The notes below the pieces were generated by a model. It had not been told where the DNA came from and did no database searches. It saw nothing but the letters and a program-made list of their open reading frames with translations. From IMG/VR virus record IMGVR_UViG_3300046642_000603, positions 11,904 to 75,903 of that record: a DNA stretch of 64,000 nucleotides; one strand, written 5' to 3'. The position numbers were made by a program, and so were the translations under genes. Below, piece after piece: positions 8,797-18,804 of this stretch. Within the stretch, counting starts at the first letter, position 1, and each line of letters starts with the position of its first letter. The DNA comes from a virus (Duplodnaviria; Caudoviricetes).

Positions 8797-10746
8797 GTGA
8801 CCTCCCTGCTCACCCCCTCCGGCGACCTCTCCGATCCCTACCGCTCCTTCATCGCGAAATCGCGATACAGCCGCTGGATCGACGACGAGAACCGGCGCGA
8901 GACCTGGTCCGAGACCGTCGCCCGCTACGTGACGTTCATGCTCGGCCAGTTGAAGGACAAGCACGACTACACCCCCGACCGTGCCGTGGTCGACGAGATC
9001 CACGCGGCCATCCTCAACCACGAGGTCATGCCGTCCATGCGTGCGGTCATGACGGCCGGTCCCGCCCTGGACCGCTCGAACATCGCCGGGTTCAATTGCA
9101 GTTACTTGCCGCTGAAGGACGCCCGCGCTCTGGACGAGCTGCTGTACGTCCTGATGAACGGAACCGGCGTCGGCTACTCGGTCGAGCGGAAGTACACCGA
9201 CCAACTCCCGGCCGTCCCCGAGACCATCACCTTCAACGATGCCGTCTACATCCCCGTCGCCGACTCCAAGGAGGGCTGGGGCCTGGCCTTCCGTGCACTG
9301 CTCACCTCCCTGTGGAACGGCGAGTACTGCCACTGGGACCTGTCCGAGGTCCGTCCGGCTGGCGCCCGTCTTAATACCTTCGGAGGGCGAGCCTCCGGTC
9401 CGGGTCCGCTGGAAGAACTGTTCGCCTTCACGGTCGAGAAGTTCAAGCAGGCCGCCGGTCGCAAGTTCCGGCCGATCGAGGTCCACGACATCGCCTGCAA
9501 GATCGCATCCGTCGTGGTCGTCGGTGGTGTACGGCGCTCCGCGATGATCTCCCTGTCCGACCTGGACGACCGCGAGATGGCCGAGGCGAAGAGCGGGGAG
9601 TGGTGGGTCGAGCACCCCTACCGCGCCCTGTCGAACAACTCGGCTGTCTACACCGACGGCATGCGCTACGAGGAGTTCAACCAGGAGTGGGACTTCCTCG
9701 TCGCGTCCGGCTCCGGTGAGCGCGGCATCTTCCACCGTGGCGCAGCGCAGCGGCAGGCAGCGAAGTTCGGCAAGCGGGAGGCCGACACGGACTACGGGAC
9801 CAACCCCTGTAGCGAGATCATTCTGCGGCCGTTCTCCTTCTGCAACCTCTCCGAGGTCGTGGTCCGGGAGACCGACACCCCCCAGGACCTGACCCGCAAG
9901 GTGCGCCTGGCGGCCGTCCTCGGCACCTGGCAGTCCACGCTGACGGACTACCCGTACCTGCGCGAGGAGTGGAAGAAGAACGCGGAGGAGGAGCGGCTGC
10001 TGGGTGTCTCCCTCACGGGGGTCTACAGCAACCGCTGGACCAACGGCACGATCAACCTCAGCGCCACCGAGGTGCTGCTGGAGGGCCTGCGCGGGGAGGT
10101 CGTCGATGCCAACGCTGCGGAGGCCGACCGCATCGGTATCCCGCGCTCGGCTGCGACCACCTGCAACAAGCCCAGCGGCACCGTGTCCCAGTTGGTCGAC
10201 TGTGAGTCCGGCCTGCACCAGAAGCACGCGAAGTTCTACAAGCGCCGGGTGCGGGTGGACAAGAAGGACCCGATCGCGTTCGTGCTCAGTGACGCGGGCC
10301 TGCCGAAGGAGGAGGACTCCTACAACTCCTCCGCGTGGGTGTTCACCTTCCCGCAGAAGGCTGGCGCCACGGCCCTCGTGCGGGACGACGTGAGTGCGAT
10401 CGAGCACCTGGAACTGTGGCTGGCGTTCCAGCGGCACTGGTGCGAGCACAAGCCGTCCGTGACCATCAGCGTCCGCGAGCACGAGTGGGAGCAGGTCGGC
10501 GAGTGGGTGTGGGAGCACCTGGACGAGATCTCCGGCGTCTCCTTCCTGCCTTTCAGCGAGCACACGTACGTCCAGGCGCCGTACGAGGAGATCACGCAGG
10601 AGGAGTACGAGGCGCTGGCGGCCAAGGAGTACCGGGTCGAGTGGACGGACCTCGCGTTCTACGAGACCTACGACCAGACCACGGGGTCGCAGGAACTGGC
10701 CTGCGTCGCGGGTGCGTGTGAGGTCGTCGACCTCGTGACCACCTGA
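8797..10746 (+). CDS. nrdJ: class II (adenosylcobalamin-dependent) ribonucleotide reductase
   Basis: MPSMRA; FNCSY; GGVRRSA; TNPCSEI; KPSGTVSQL; C-terminal ACVAGACE. Confidence 0.93.
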   Translation: MTSLLTPSGDLSDPYRSFIAKSRYSRWIDDENRRETWSETVARYVTFMLGQLKDKHDYTPDRAVVDEIHAAILNHEVMPSMRAVMTAGPALDRSNIAGFNCSYLPLKDARALDELLYVLMNGTGVGYSVERKYTDQLPAVPETITFNDAVYIPVADSKEGWGLAFRALLTSLWNGEYCHWDLSEVRPAGARLNTFGGRASGPGPLEELFAFTVEKFKQAAGRKFRPIEVHDIACKIASVVVVGGVRRSAMISLSDLDDREMAEAKSGEWWVEHPYRALSNNSAVYTDGMRYEEFNQEWDFLVASGSGERGIFHRGAAQRQAAKFGKREADTDYGTNPCSEIILRPFSFCNLSEVVVRETDTPQDLTRKVRLAAVLGTWQSTLTDYPYLREEWKKNAEEERLLGVSLTGVYSNRWTNGTINLSATEVLLEGLRGEVVDANAAEADRIGIPRSAATTCNKPSGTVSQLVDCESGLHQKHAKFYKRRVRVDKKDPIAFVLSDAGLPKEEDSYNSSAWVFTFPQKAGATALVRDDVSAIEHLELWLAFQRHWCEHKPSVTISVREHEWEQVGEWVWEHLDEISGVSFLPFSEHTYVQAPYEEITQEEYEALAAKEYRVEWTDLAFYETYDQTTGSQELACVAGACEVVDLVTT

Positions 10747-10877
10747 AACTCGTTAAAAGATCTTGCTCTGACTAGTTGATACATGGCTGGACCGGTAGTT
10801 CCCGACCGATTACGGTATGGGGACTACCGGTTCTGCTTTACGGCTTCGGCATTACGGGATTGGAAGACACCACACAC

Positions 10878-12080
10878 ATGGCACTTAATACCAACGCGGG
10901 CGGCCCCGGCAAGGAAGCCCTCGCGCTCATCGCAAAGATCAACAAGGCCCACCCGGGCGCGGTCTGTTTCGCCTCCGAGATGCGGGTGGCCAAGCGCTTC
11001 ACCTCCGGCTCCCTCTCCCTCGACATCGCCCTCGGCGGTGGCTGGCCCGGCAACCAGTGGGTCGAGGTGATCGGGCGGGAGAGCAACGGCAAGACCGCCC
11101 TCGTCCTCAAGACGGTCGCGGCCAACCAGAAGAAGGACCCCAACTTCACCGCCCTGTGGATCGCCGCAGAGCACTACGACGTCGACCAGGCCACCGCGCT
11201 GGGCGTCGACAACGAGCGCGTCCTGGTGGTCCCCACGCAGGCCATGGAGTTCGCCTACCAGACGATGTTGGATTTCGCCGAGTCCCGCTCCGTCGACATG
11301 ATCGTCCTCGACTCCTACCCGGCGCTCATCGCCGACGAGGAGTCCGAGAAGGACATGGACGAGGCCGTCATGGCGCTCGGTGCCCGCCTCACCGGCAAGT
11401 TCTTCCGCAAGAGCGGGGCGGCCACCAAGCGGTCCATGACGGACGAAGACGACCGGCCGCTGCTCGGCATCGTGATCAACCAGTTCCGTGACGCCATCGG
11501 CAAGTTCAGCCCCCACGGCACACCGACCACGACCCCGGGCGGCAACGCCAAGAACTACGCGTTCTACACCCGCGTCGAGGTCCGGCGCGACGAGTGGATC
11601 CAGGAGTCCCGGCCGGGCAAGGGCAAGGTCAACGTCGGCCAGGTCATCAAGGTCAAGACGATCAAGAACAAGTCGGCCGCGCCGCAGCAGACCGCGACGA
11701 TCGACTTCTACTTCCGCTCCGCCCCGTACCTGAACTTCGCTCGCGGTGACTACGACATCGTGAAGGAGATCATGATCATGGGGATCCTCTTCGACGTCAT
11801 CCAGCGCAAGGGCGCCTACTTCCAGATCGACACCGGGGAGTACGACGACAAGGGCAAGCCGGTCCTGCGCTGGCAGGGCAAGGACCCCATGCTCGACCAC
11901 ATCCGCCAGGACCTGGACCTCCAGGAAACCCTCTACGAGAAGATCCTCATCGCCTCCAAGAAGGTCGACGAGCGGTCCATCTCCGAAGAGGACCTGGACG
12001 CCGCCGAGACGGCCGGAACCAAGAAGGTCACCCGACGGCCCAAGGCCGAGGACGAGGCGCTTAATACCGAGGCCGCCTGA
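10878..12080 (+). CDS. recA: RecA-family recombinase
   Basis: SGSLSLDIALGGG; GRESNGKT Walker A; IVLDS; INQFR; TPGGNA. Confidence 0.93.
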   Translation: MALNTNAGGPGKEALALIAKINKAHPGAVCFASEMRVAKRFTSGSLSLDIALGGGWPGNQWVEVIGRESNGKTALVLKTVAANQKKDPNFTALWIAAEHYDVDQATALGVDNERVLVVPTQAMEFAYQTMLDFAESRSVDMIVLDSYPALIADEESEKDMDEAVMALGARLTGKFFRKSGAATKRSMTDEDDRPLLGIVINQFRDAIGKFSPHGTPTTTPGGNAKNYAFYTRVEVRRDEWIQESRPGKGKVNVGQVIKVKTIKNKSAAPQQTATIDFYFRSAPYLNFARGDYDIVKEIMIMGILFDVIQRKGAYFQIDTGEYDDKGKPVLRWQGKDPMLDHIRQDLDLQETLYEKILIASKKVDERSISEEDLDAAETAGTKKVTRRPKAEDEALNTEAA

Positions 12081-12283
12081 TGGTGGCCCTGCTCTCCCTC
12101 CTCCTGGCCTTCGCGGCCCTCTACGTGGTGATCCTCGGCGTCCGGTACTCCCGGCGCCAGGGCCGCGCCCACAAGAAGTTCCTCATCCTCACCGACCTCC
12201 TGGAGAAGTCCTATGGCGGACATGCTGAAGAAATCCCAGAAGCAGGAGAGGCGGGGAGCAGCACTCCTCGGCGGGACGGTTAA
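12080..12283 (+). CDS. small membrane protein
   Basis: N-terminal hydrophobic helix; TGATG coupling. Confidence 0.5.
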   Translation: MVALLSLLLAFAALYVVILGVRYSRRQGRAHKKFLILTDLLEKSYGGHAEEIPEAGEAGSSTPRRDG

Positions 12284-12557
12284 CGCGGGCAGCGGAAACG
12301 GCTGGGTCCGGAAGAACGACGTACGGACCCCGGAGTACTCCGTCGAATACAAGGTCACCGGCAAGAAGCAATACCCCCTGAAAGACGCAGAACTCCAGAC
12401 CGCAGAGAAACAGGCCCTCCTCGACGGCAGGGAAATGCTCTTCGGGATCCAGATGGACAGCGGAAGGACCTGGATCGTGATGAGCGAGGAAACATTCCTC
12501 ACGCTTAATACCAAGGCGTTTCCGGACGCCGACCCCGACGAGGTGCTGTCGTGGTAA
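12213..12557 (+). CDS. PD-(D/E)XK Holliday junction resolvase-like protein
   Basis: QERR.A...GSG...KNDV...VEYK. Confidence 0.75.
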   Translation: MADMLKKSQKQERRGAALLGGTVNAGSGNGWVRKNDVRTPEYSVEYKVTGKKQYPLKDAELQTAEKQALLDGREMLFGIQMDSGRTWIVMSEETFLTLNTKAFPDADPDEVLSW

Positions 12558-12976
12558 TGCACCTGCGCCTCAACGCCCCCGAATGGGACGGCGGAGGGAA
12601 CCCGGACAAGGAAGCCGCCTGCCGGAAGTTCCGGCCGACCAGGGACCACGACGACTTCTTCGGAGACGGCACCGGGGAGGAGACCGAGGCCAAGCACGTC
12701 TGCAACGGCACCTATACCGACCGGGTGTGTCCGCTGCGAGAACAGTGTCTCCAATTCGCTCTGGTCAACAACGAGCACTACGGCGTCTGGGGCGGGCTCA
12801 CCGTCCTGGAGCGGGCCTACATCAGGAGGTTCGTCCCCAAGCAAGACTGGAGTTTCGACAATGCCCCGACCCGCGAAGACCTCGTCCGCGTCTGGCCGGA
12901 CCGGGTCGCGCCGGAAGACCTCGACGACGAAGGCGACGGGGAAGATGGCAGCGCTGGCGGAGTCGAAGAAGAGTAG
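12557..12976 (+). CDS. WhiB-family transcription factor
   Basis: C...FF...AKHVC...CPLREQCLQFAL...YGVWGGLT. Confidence 0.92.
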   Translation: MHLRLNAPEWDGGGNPDKEAACRKFRPTRDHDDFFGDGTGEETEAKHVCNGTYTDRVCPLREQCLQFALVNNEHYGVWGGLTVLERAYIRRFVPKQDWSFDNAPTREDLVRVWPDRVAPEDLDDEGDGEDGSAGGVEEE

Positions 12977-14126
12977 GTCCGTCCTCCTCGGGGACATCCA
13001 CAAGCACCTGCTCGACCAGCACGGCAAGCCGACCGACCGTCGGCAGGACATCATCCACCCCAGCGAGATGGCAAAGAGCGACTGGTGCCCCCGTCAGACC
13101 TACTACAGGCTGGCGGGGGTTTCCCCCGAGAAGGGCCGCTCGTTCTCCGCGCAACTGGAGGCCGTCTTCGAGGAGGGCCACGGCATCCACGCGAAGTGGC
13201 AGAAGTGGCTCCAGCAGATGGACCGCCTGTGGGGCAAGTGGAAGTGCCCGGTGTGCGATTACTGGGAGATGGGCACAGGCGGACGCAAGACCTGCCCGTC
13301 CTGCCGCGACCGCACCAGTATGGCGACCCTCCCGGTCTACCTGGACTACGCCGAGGTCCCCGTCCAGGCCGAATCGGATTTCCTGATCGCCGGGCACGAG
13401 GACGGCGCCATCGAGGACCTGAAAGCCCTGATCGAGATCAAGTCCGTCGGCATCGGAACCGTCCGCTTCGACCAGCCCGAACTGCTGCGCGAGTACACGG
13501 TGAAGACCGAGGACGGCAAGACCGTAATCGACCTGGACGGCCTGTGGAAGGCGCTGCGGCGTCCCTTCGGCAGCCATATCCGCCAGACCCAGATTTATCT
13601 GCGGCTCTGCCAGGAGATGGGATTGCCTTTCGACAAGGTCATATTCCTCTACGAGTACAAGGCGACGCAGGCCCACAAGGAATTCGTCGTCCAGTACAAC
13701 CCGGAGATCGCCGAGCCGCTTTTCGAGTCCGCGCTCGACATCAAATACGCCCTGAAGAAGGGCAAGCCACCGCCCCGGCCGGATTTCTGCGGCCAGGACA
13801 AAAAGGTCTGCAAGACCGAATGCCCATTCTTCACGCACTGCTGGGAGAACACCACAGATGACCAGAGCGGTAGCACGCAGGGGCTGGGAAGCAGTCCTGA
13901 GCCCGAGCCAGAGGGCGACGAAGCGTCTGGAGCGGGAGGACCTGTTCCTGCCTCCGAAGCCGGAGGGCGACGCGCCAGAACTTCCAGCGGATCCCACCGA
14001 ACTCGGCGACGGCGAACTGATGGCGCTGTTCGCCAGGACGACAGCGTGGGTGGAGTACACGGGCAGCCGACTGGCAGCGGCGGAGGTGGACGAAAAGTCG
14101 TGCGTCGACACACTCGAACAACATAA
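12861..14126 (+). CDS. Cas4-like PD-(D/E)XK exonuclease
   Basis: HPSE..WCPR; GHEDG; IEIKS; QTQIY; C-terminal C..C..CPF...C; start uncertain (12861 or 12945). Confidence 0.8.
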   Translation: MPRPAKTSSASGRTGSRRKTSTTKATGKMAALAESKKSRSVLLGDIHKHLLDQHGKPTDRRQDIIHPSEMAKSDWCPRQTYYRLAGVSPEKGRSFSAQLEAVFEEGHGIHAKWQKWLQQMDRLWGKWKCPVCDYWEMGTGGRKTCPSCRDRTSMATLPVYLDYAEVPVQAESDFLIAGHEDGAIEDLKALIEIKSVGIGTVRFDQPELLREYTVKTEDGKTVIDLDGLWKALRRPFGSHIRQTQIYLRLCQEMGLPFDKVIFLYEYKATQAHKEFVVQYNPEIAEPLFESALDIKYALKKGKPPPRPDFCGQDKKVCKTECPFFTHCWENTTDDQSGSTQGLGSSPEPEPEGDEASGAGGPVPASEAGGRRARTSSGSHRTRRRRTDGAVRQDDSVGGVHGQPTGSGGGGRKVVRRHTRTT

Positions 14127-14367
14127 GGCCCTATCCGCCGTCCGCAATGCGGGCCAGAAGACAGTGACGCAGGCCAAGGCGAAGGCGTACGAGGACCCGG
14201 AGTACATCGAGGCCCAGGAGGCCAAGACGGCCGCCTACGCCTACCGCAAGATGGTCCAGGCCCTGCACTCCTCCGCCGAACTGCGCAACACCCTGCTGAG
14301 CCGCGAACTGACCCGCCGGGTCGGCCGTGGTGACCGCGAGGCCCGCGCCGGACGGATGCAGGCGTGA
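13858..14367 (+). CDS. helical protein, possibly a UvsY-like recombination mediator
   Basis: AKAKAYEDPEYIEA pattern; lies in the recombination module. Confidence 0.5.
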   Translation: MTRAVARRGWEAVLSPSQRATKRLEREDLFLPPKPEGDAPELPADPTELGDGELMALFARTTAWVEYTGSRLAAAEVDEKSCVDTLEQHKALSAVRNAGQKTVTQAKAKAYEDPEYIEAQEAKTAAYAYRKMVQALHSSAELRNTLLSRELTRRVGRGDREARAGRMQA

Positions 14368-14789
14368 GGACCGTACGCCGCAAGGTGACACGCATGGAGC
14401 AGCCCCGGCCGCCGTGGGAGTGGCGACCCTCCTTCCGGGCCGGGGCGCCCCGCACGTGCCTGTCCAACCACCGTGACCCGGTCTTCCTGCGGCAGGGGGA
14501 GCACGTCTTCAGGGTGGGGCAGTTCGACTGGCTGCTGCGGCTGTACCAGCACGTGGGGGTCTCGGAGCAGTCCGTCCGGTGGGAGGGCTATGTCCTCTAC
14601 GACCTGGATTACGAGATTCCCCTAATCAGGTTGTCAACGGATTGGCTTGAGTACGTTGACAACCGTCGGGAGATGGTGTTTCGTATCTCCAAGAAGGAAG
14701 CACTCGCCGCCGGGGGAGAGGTTGAGACCCCCGACGGACCCCGCTTCGCAGTACCACTCAGCGCTTACTCGTCCTACGAAGGGGACTGA
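14364..14789 (+). CDS. hypothetical protein
   Basis: GTGA-coupled ORF. Confidence 0.6.
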   Translation: MRTVRRKVTRMEQPRPPWEWRPSFRAGAPRTCLSNHRDPVFLRQGEHVFRVGQFDWLLRLYQHVGVSEQSVRWEGYVLYDLDYEIPLIRLSTDWLEYVDNRREMVFRISKKEALAAGGEVETPDGPRFAVPLSAYSSYEGD

Positions 14790-14796
14790 CCACCAC

Positions 14797-15459
14797 ATGA
14801 CCGTCATCGCGTACCCGAAGTTCCGCCCGATCCCGCGCCTGCACCGCCGCATCGTGATCACCGAGAAGATCCACGGCTCGAACGGCTTGATCGAGGTCAC
14901 CAAGGTCGACGACTTCAACGACCCCGAGGGAGTCGGCGTCGTCGTCATCCACAACGGCGAGCACTACGTCCTCCGGGCGGGCAGCCGCAACCGATGGCTC
15001 ACCCCCGACGACGACAATTTCGGCTTCGCCCGCTTCGTCTGGGACAACGCCCAGTCCCTGGTCAACCTCGGCGAGGGCAAGCACTACGGCGAGTGGTTCG
15101 GCAAGGGCATCAACGCCGGATACGGCCTCGACGAGAAGCGCTTCGCCCTCTTCAACGTCGCCAAGTGGTACGACCCGCGCGACCCCGAGATCACCGAGAA
15201 GTTCCTCCAGACCTTCCCCAAGGCGCAGCCCGCGCCGGAAGCGGTCACCGTCGTCCCGGTCATCTCCGTCATCGACGGCAAGCACCTGAACTACGCGGTC
15301 GAAGAGGCGCTTAATACCCTGGAGTCCGAGGGCTCCTTCATCTCCCCCGGCTTCCGGGACCCCGAGGGCGTCGTCGTCTTCCACGACGCGGCCGGGACCT
15401 ACTTCAAGGCCACCCTCAAGAACGACGAGCAGCCCAAGTCCAAGGTGGCTGCCAAGTGA
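14797..15459 (+). CDS. RNA ligase (Rnl2-like adenylyltransferase domain)
   Basis: TEKIHGSN motif I; YGEWFG; FALFNV; PEGVVV; YFK. Confidence 0.85.
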   Translation: MTVIAYPKFRPIPRLHRRIVITEKIHGSNGLIEVTKVDDFNDPEGVGVVVIHNGEHYVLRAGSRNRWLTPDDDNFGFARFVWDNAQSLVNLGEGKHYGEWFGKGINAGYGLDEKRFALFNVAKWYDPRDPEITEKFLQTFPKAQPAPEAVTVVPVISVIDGKHLNYAVEEALNTLESEGSFISPGFRDPEGVVVFHDAAGTYFKATLKNDEQPKSKVAAK

Positions 15460-16163
15460 GCGTCACCTACCGATCCACCGTCTCCGCCGTCCTCGACACC
15501 GACAACATCGCCGGGTCCGACGCGAAGATCTGCCAGGCCGCCCGAGTCTCCACCGTCGGCTCCGCAGCAGCGGGGACCGAGGAGGCCGCCGGACTCATCC
15601 GGTACCTGATGAAGGGCCGCCACGGCAGCCCCTTCGAGCACGGCCAGATGTCCTTCATGATCGAGGCCCCGATCTTCGTCGCCCGGGAGTTCATGAGGCA
15701 CAGGGCTGGCTGGAGTTACAACGAATCCAGCGGAAGATACCGTGAGTTGGAGCCCGTCTTCTACATGCCCGACCCCGACCGGCCGCTCGTGCAGCAGGGC
15801 AAGGCGGGGGAGTACACCTTCGTCCAGGGCACCCAGGACCAGTACGCCAACACCCGCTGGCAGCACACCCTGGCCTACAGCGCCGCATGGTCCGCCTACC
15901 GCCTGATGCTCGCCGACGGCGTGGCCAAGGAAGTCGCCCGCAGCGTCCTGCCGGTCGGCACCTTCACCTCCTTCTACGCCACCTGCAACCCGCGCAGCCT
16001 CATGCACTTCCTGAGCCTGCGAACCAAGGCCGAACACTCCACGTTCCCCTCCTTCCCCCAGCAGGAGATCGAGCAGGTCGCCGTGGACATGGAGATCGCG
16101 TTCGGCGAGCACTTCCCGCTCACCTACCAGGCATTCGCCGACAACGGAAGGGTCGCACCATGA
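15456..16163 (+). CDS. thyX: flavin-dependent thymidylate synthase
   Basis: HGSPFEH; REFMRHR..SYNESSGRY; ARSVLP. Confidence 0.96.
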   Translation: MSVTYRSTVSAVLDTDNIAGSDAKICQAARVSTVGSAAAGTEEAAGLIRYLMKGRHGSPFEHGQMSFMIEAPIFVAREFMRHRAGWSYNESSGRYRELEPVFYMPDPDRPLVQQGKAGEYTFVQGTQDQYANTRWQHTLAYSAAWSAYRLMLADGVAKEVARSVLPVGTFTSFYATCNPRSLMHFLSLRTKAEHSTFPSFPQQEIEQVAVDMEIAFGEHFPLTYQAFADNGRVAP

Positions 16164-16321
16164 GCAGACGAAACGACGACCGCCCCACGACCATCGTGGC
16201 CCTCACCCTCCTGGCCCTCCTGATCAGCCTGTCCATCTGGTCCTGGACGTCCGCCCCGTGCGGCATGTGGAAGTTCGCCACCGCTGGAGACACGCCCGCC
16301 CGGTGCCTGATGCACCGATGA
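16160..16321 (+). CDS. small membrane protein
   Basis: hydrophobic helix; ATGA coupling. Confidence 0.55.
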   Translation: MSRRNDDRPTTIVALTLLALLISLSIWSWTSAPCGMWKFATAGDTPARCLMHR

Positions 16322-16683
16322 ACACCATCCTCCTCATCGCCGTCATCGTCGGCTGGGTCGGACTCCTCATGTTCATGGCCTGGGCCCTGATCAACCTCCG
16401 CACCCAACTCGACCGCAAGATCGACGAACTCGCCATGGAGCGCAACCGGCTCCGCAAGACCGAGAAGCAGGCCCTGCGGCTCGTCGAGACGGTCACCCCG
16501 CTGCTCGCGCAGACCGACTGGATGACCGGCCGCTGGAACGGCCAGTTCAACACCCTCCAGCGCCTGGAGGCCAAGCGCAACGAGTCGGTCGTCCAGGCCC
16601 GCCGGGCCCTGTGGGATATCCCCCTCGTCGCCGACCACATCAAGAAGAGCCTCACCACCAAGACCCCCGGAGCAGACCAGTGA
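16318..16683 (+). CDS. membrane-anchored coiled-coil protein
   Basis: N-terminal TM segment; ATGA coupling. Confidence 0.65.
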   Translation: MNTILLIAVIVGWVGLLMFMAWALINLRTQLDRKIDELAMERNRLRKTEKQALRLVETVTPLLAQTDWMTGRWNGQFNTLQRLEAKRNESVVQARRALWDIPLVADHIKKSLTTKTPGADQ

Positions 16684-17282
16684 ACGCCGCCACCGCACCC
16701 GTCGACCACGACACCGAGATCATCGAGTCCTGGCTCCCGCAGTACATCGGCCTCCACGGCTTCGCCGGGGCCGGTAAGGACACCGTCGCCGAGATCCTGG
16801 CCCAGTACGGCTACACCCGCGTCGCCTTCGCCGACGTCCTGCGCGAGGCCCTGTACGTCCTCAACCCGGTCATCCTCTTCCACCCCTACGGCGAGGACCA
16901 GCGAGTCCAGGACCTGGTGGACCGACACGGCTGGGACGAGGCCAAGCGCCAGTACGAGGAGATCCGCCGGATGCTCCAGGTCCTCGGCACCGAGGTCGGC
17001 CGGGAAATGATCGACCAGAACGTGTGGGTCGACTCGGTGTTCAAGAAGTTGGAGGAGGGCAAGAAGTACGTCTTCACCGACGTCCGCTTCGTCAACGAGC
17101 ACCACGCCATCGACTCCCGCCTCGGCACGCTCATCAAGATCGACCGGCCCGGATACGGTCCCGTCAACGACCACAAGTCCGACAAGGGACTGCCGCCCGA
17201 GTGGTTCGACGCCGCGATCGTCAACGACGGGACGATCGAGGACCTTAATACCAAGGTCCGCGAGATCCTTCGCCTCGCGTGA
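16680..17282 (+). CDS. deoxynucleoside monophosphate kinase
   Basis: IGLHGFAGAGKDT; AFADVLR; RRMLQVLGTEVGR; TDVRFVNE. Confidence 0.92.
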   Translation: MNAATAPVDHDTEIIESWLPQYIGLHGFAGAGKDTVAEILAQYGYTRVAFADVLREALYVLNPVILFHPYGEDQRVQDLVDRHGWDEAKRQYEEIRRMLQVLGTEVGREMIDQNVWVDSVFKKLEEGKKYVFTDVRFVNEHHAIDSRLGTLIKIDRPGYGPVNDHKSDKGLPPEWFDAAIVNDGTIEDLNTKVREILRLA

Positions 17283-17686
17283 CCGCCCCGAAGATCTGCA
17301 AGGACTGTGAGCCCGGGAGCAAACGCCCAGCGCCCAATCCCGGGCCACGGTGCGCCACGCACTGGCGCGAGGAGAAGAAGCGGCGCAGCCGGGCCGCCCA
17401 CGAGAAGCGCGTCCAGGCCACGTACGGACTCGGCGAAGGTGACTACGCCACCCTGTACGAGGCCCAGGGCGGGAAGTGCGCCATCTGCACCCGGGCCACC
17501 GGGGCGACCCGGCGCCTGTCGGTCGATCATGATCACAAGACGCTGCTCGTGAGGGGCTTGCTCTGCCGCCCGTGCAACGACCTCCTCGGGCATGCGAGGG
17601 ACGATCCGGAGTTCTTCTCCCGGGCCAAGGTCTACCTCGAAAAGCCACCAGCGCAGGAACTCGGCCGCTGGTACGCAACTGAATAG
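17279..17686 (+). CDS. endonuclease VII-like protein
   Basis: QGGKCAIC...LSVDHDHKT..VRGLLCRPCN..LG. Confidence 0.9.
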   Translation: MTAPKICKDCEPGSKRPAPNPGPRCATHWREEKKRRSRAAHEKRVQATYGLGEGDYATLYEAQGGKCAICTRATGATRRLSVDHDHKTLLVRGLLCRPCNDLLGHARDDPEFFSRAKVYLEKPPAQELGRWYATE

Positions 17687-17809
17687 CAACTCCGCACGCA
17701 GCAGGCCCCAGGTGTAGACGACGCCCTGGGGCCTGTTGTCATTAACACAAGATTCCTGCGTCTCCGTATTCTCGAATTGTGATCAGAATCGGACACACAG
17801 GAGTCACCA

Positions 17810-18109
17810 ATGGGAGTTCAGTACGACGACCAGGGGGCCAGTAACGAGGCCATCCTGCGCGTCAAGAGTTCGTCTTCTGCCGCCAGCCTGGCCAGCGCCA
17901 TTTCCCACGCCGTCTACGACGGTAAGCGGGTCACGCTGCGGGCCATCGGAGCCGGAGCGGTAAACCAGTCCATGAAGGCCATCGCCATCGCCAACAGTTT
18001 CGTGGCGCCCCGGGGAATCGTGCTCGACTGCCGACCCGGATTCACGACGGTCACCACACAGGACGCCGGAGATATCTCCGCCCTGCTGCTGCGGATCCTC
18101 GTCCACTGA
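17810..18109 (+). CDS. spoVS: SpoVS-family protein
   Basis: LRVKSSS...LASAI...LRAIGAGAVNQSMKAIAIA..F...G..L.C.PGF. Confidence 0.85.
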   Translation: MGVQYDDQGASNEAILRVKSSSSAASLASAISHAVYDGKRVTLRAIGAGAVNQSMKAIAIANSFVAPRGIVLDCRPGFTTVTTQDAGDISALLLRILVH

Positions 18110-18165
18110 GGTTCTAATCCGCTGCCTTTCCGTCTTTACACTTGGTTTGATCCAGTGGAGGCGTA

Positions 18166-18444
18166 ATGAATGGTGTTTCGGACGGGCGCAACGGCTCGTT
18201 TTCGACCGGCGCAATGGAGACAAAGTATCCCTCGCTAAATCTTCAGCCGGTCGCGCGTTTCCAGCCCACGTCTGTCTTCGACGAAACCCAGGTTCGCGGC
18301 TCCGCCAATGGCCTCGGCTCGGAGGACTACGACCGCAAGCGTATTGGCGGTGGCTTCGCGCCGTCGGCAAACGGTGCGTCGTCGCAGACGTACGACAAGC
18401 GGCTGTGGATTGACAAGAACCCCTACCGAACCATCGGCGGCTAA
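18166..18444 (+). CDS. hypothetical protein
   Basis: GGAGG RBS; ORF. Confidence 0.6.
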   Translation: MNGVSDGRNGSFSTGAMETKYPSLNLQPVARFQPTSVFDETQVRGSANGLGSEDYDRKRIGGGFAPSANGASSQTYDKRLWIDKNPYRTIGG

Positions 18445-18454
18445 GGAGCCAGCA

Positions 18455-18793
18455 GTGGCGAAGAAGAAGAGCGACATCGTGACGACGGACAATCCGTCGC
18501 TGCGTCCGACCATGGGCACCGACGCCTCCCGGCTCGCCAACGTGGCCAAGCCGATCAAGGGCCGGTCCGTGCCGAAGAAGAACCAGGCCAAGGGTGGCTT
18601 CCTTGAGTCCGCTACGGCCCAGCACCGCCCCAACATCCTGGAGCGCAACGGCGCCTCCCTGCGGCCGACCGCGACCCTCTACGCCGCCAACGCGGCCGAG
18701 GCCGGTGTGGTCCAGCGCAACGTCGTGACCGTCCCGAGCGCCGTCGGCAACCGGGACTTCTACCTGCGCCGCCAGTACCGGCAGGGGATGTGA
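18455..18793 (+). CDS. hypothetical protein
   Basis: AAGGAG RBS; GTG start. Confidence 0.65.
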   Translation: MAKKKSDIVTTDNPSLRPTMGTDASRLANVAKPIKGRSVPKKNQAKGGFLESATAQHRPNILERNGASLRPTATLYAANAAEAGVVQRNVVTVPSAVGNRDFYLRRQYRQGM

Positions 18794-18804
18794 CGTAGGC
18801 AGCC

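Noticed and set aside
5876-12080. Inteins or introns in Pol A, RNR or RecA
   Set aside because: Protein lengths are normal and no splicing motifs are visible
12861-14126. Cas4-like gene as evidence of a CRISPR system
   Set aside because: No repeat-spacer array or other cas genes; solo Cas4-like nucleases are common in phage recombination modules
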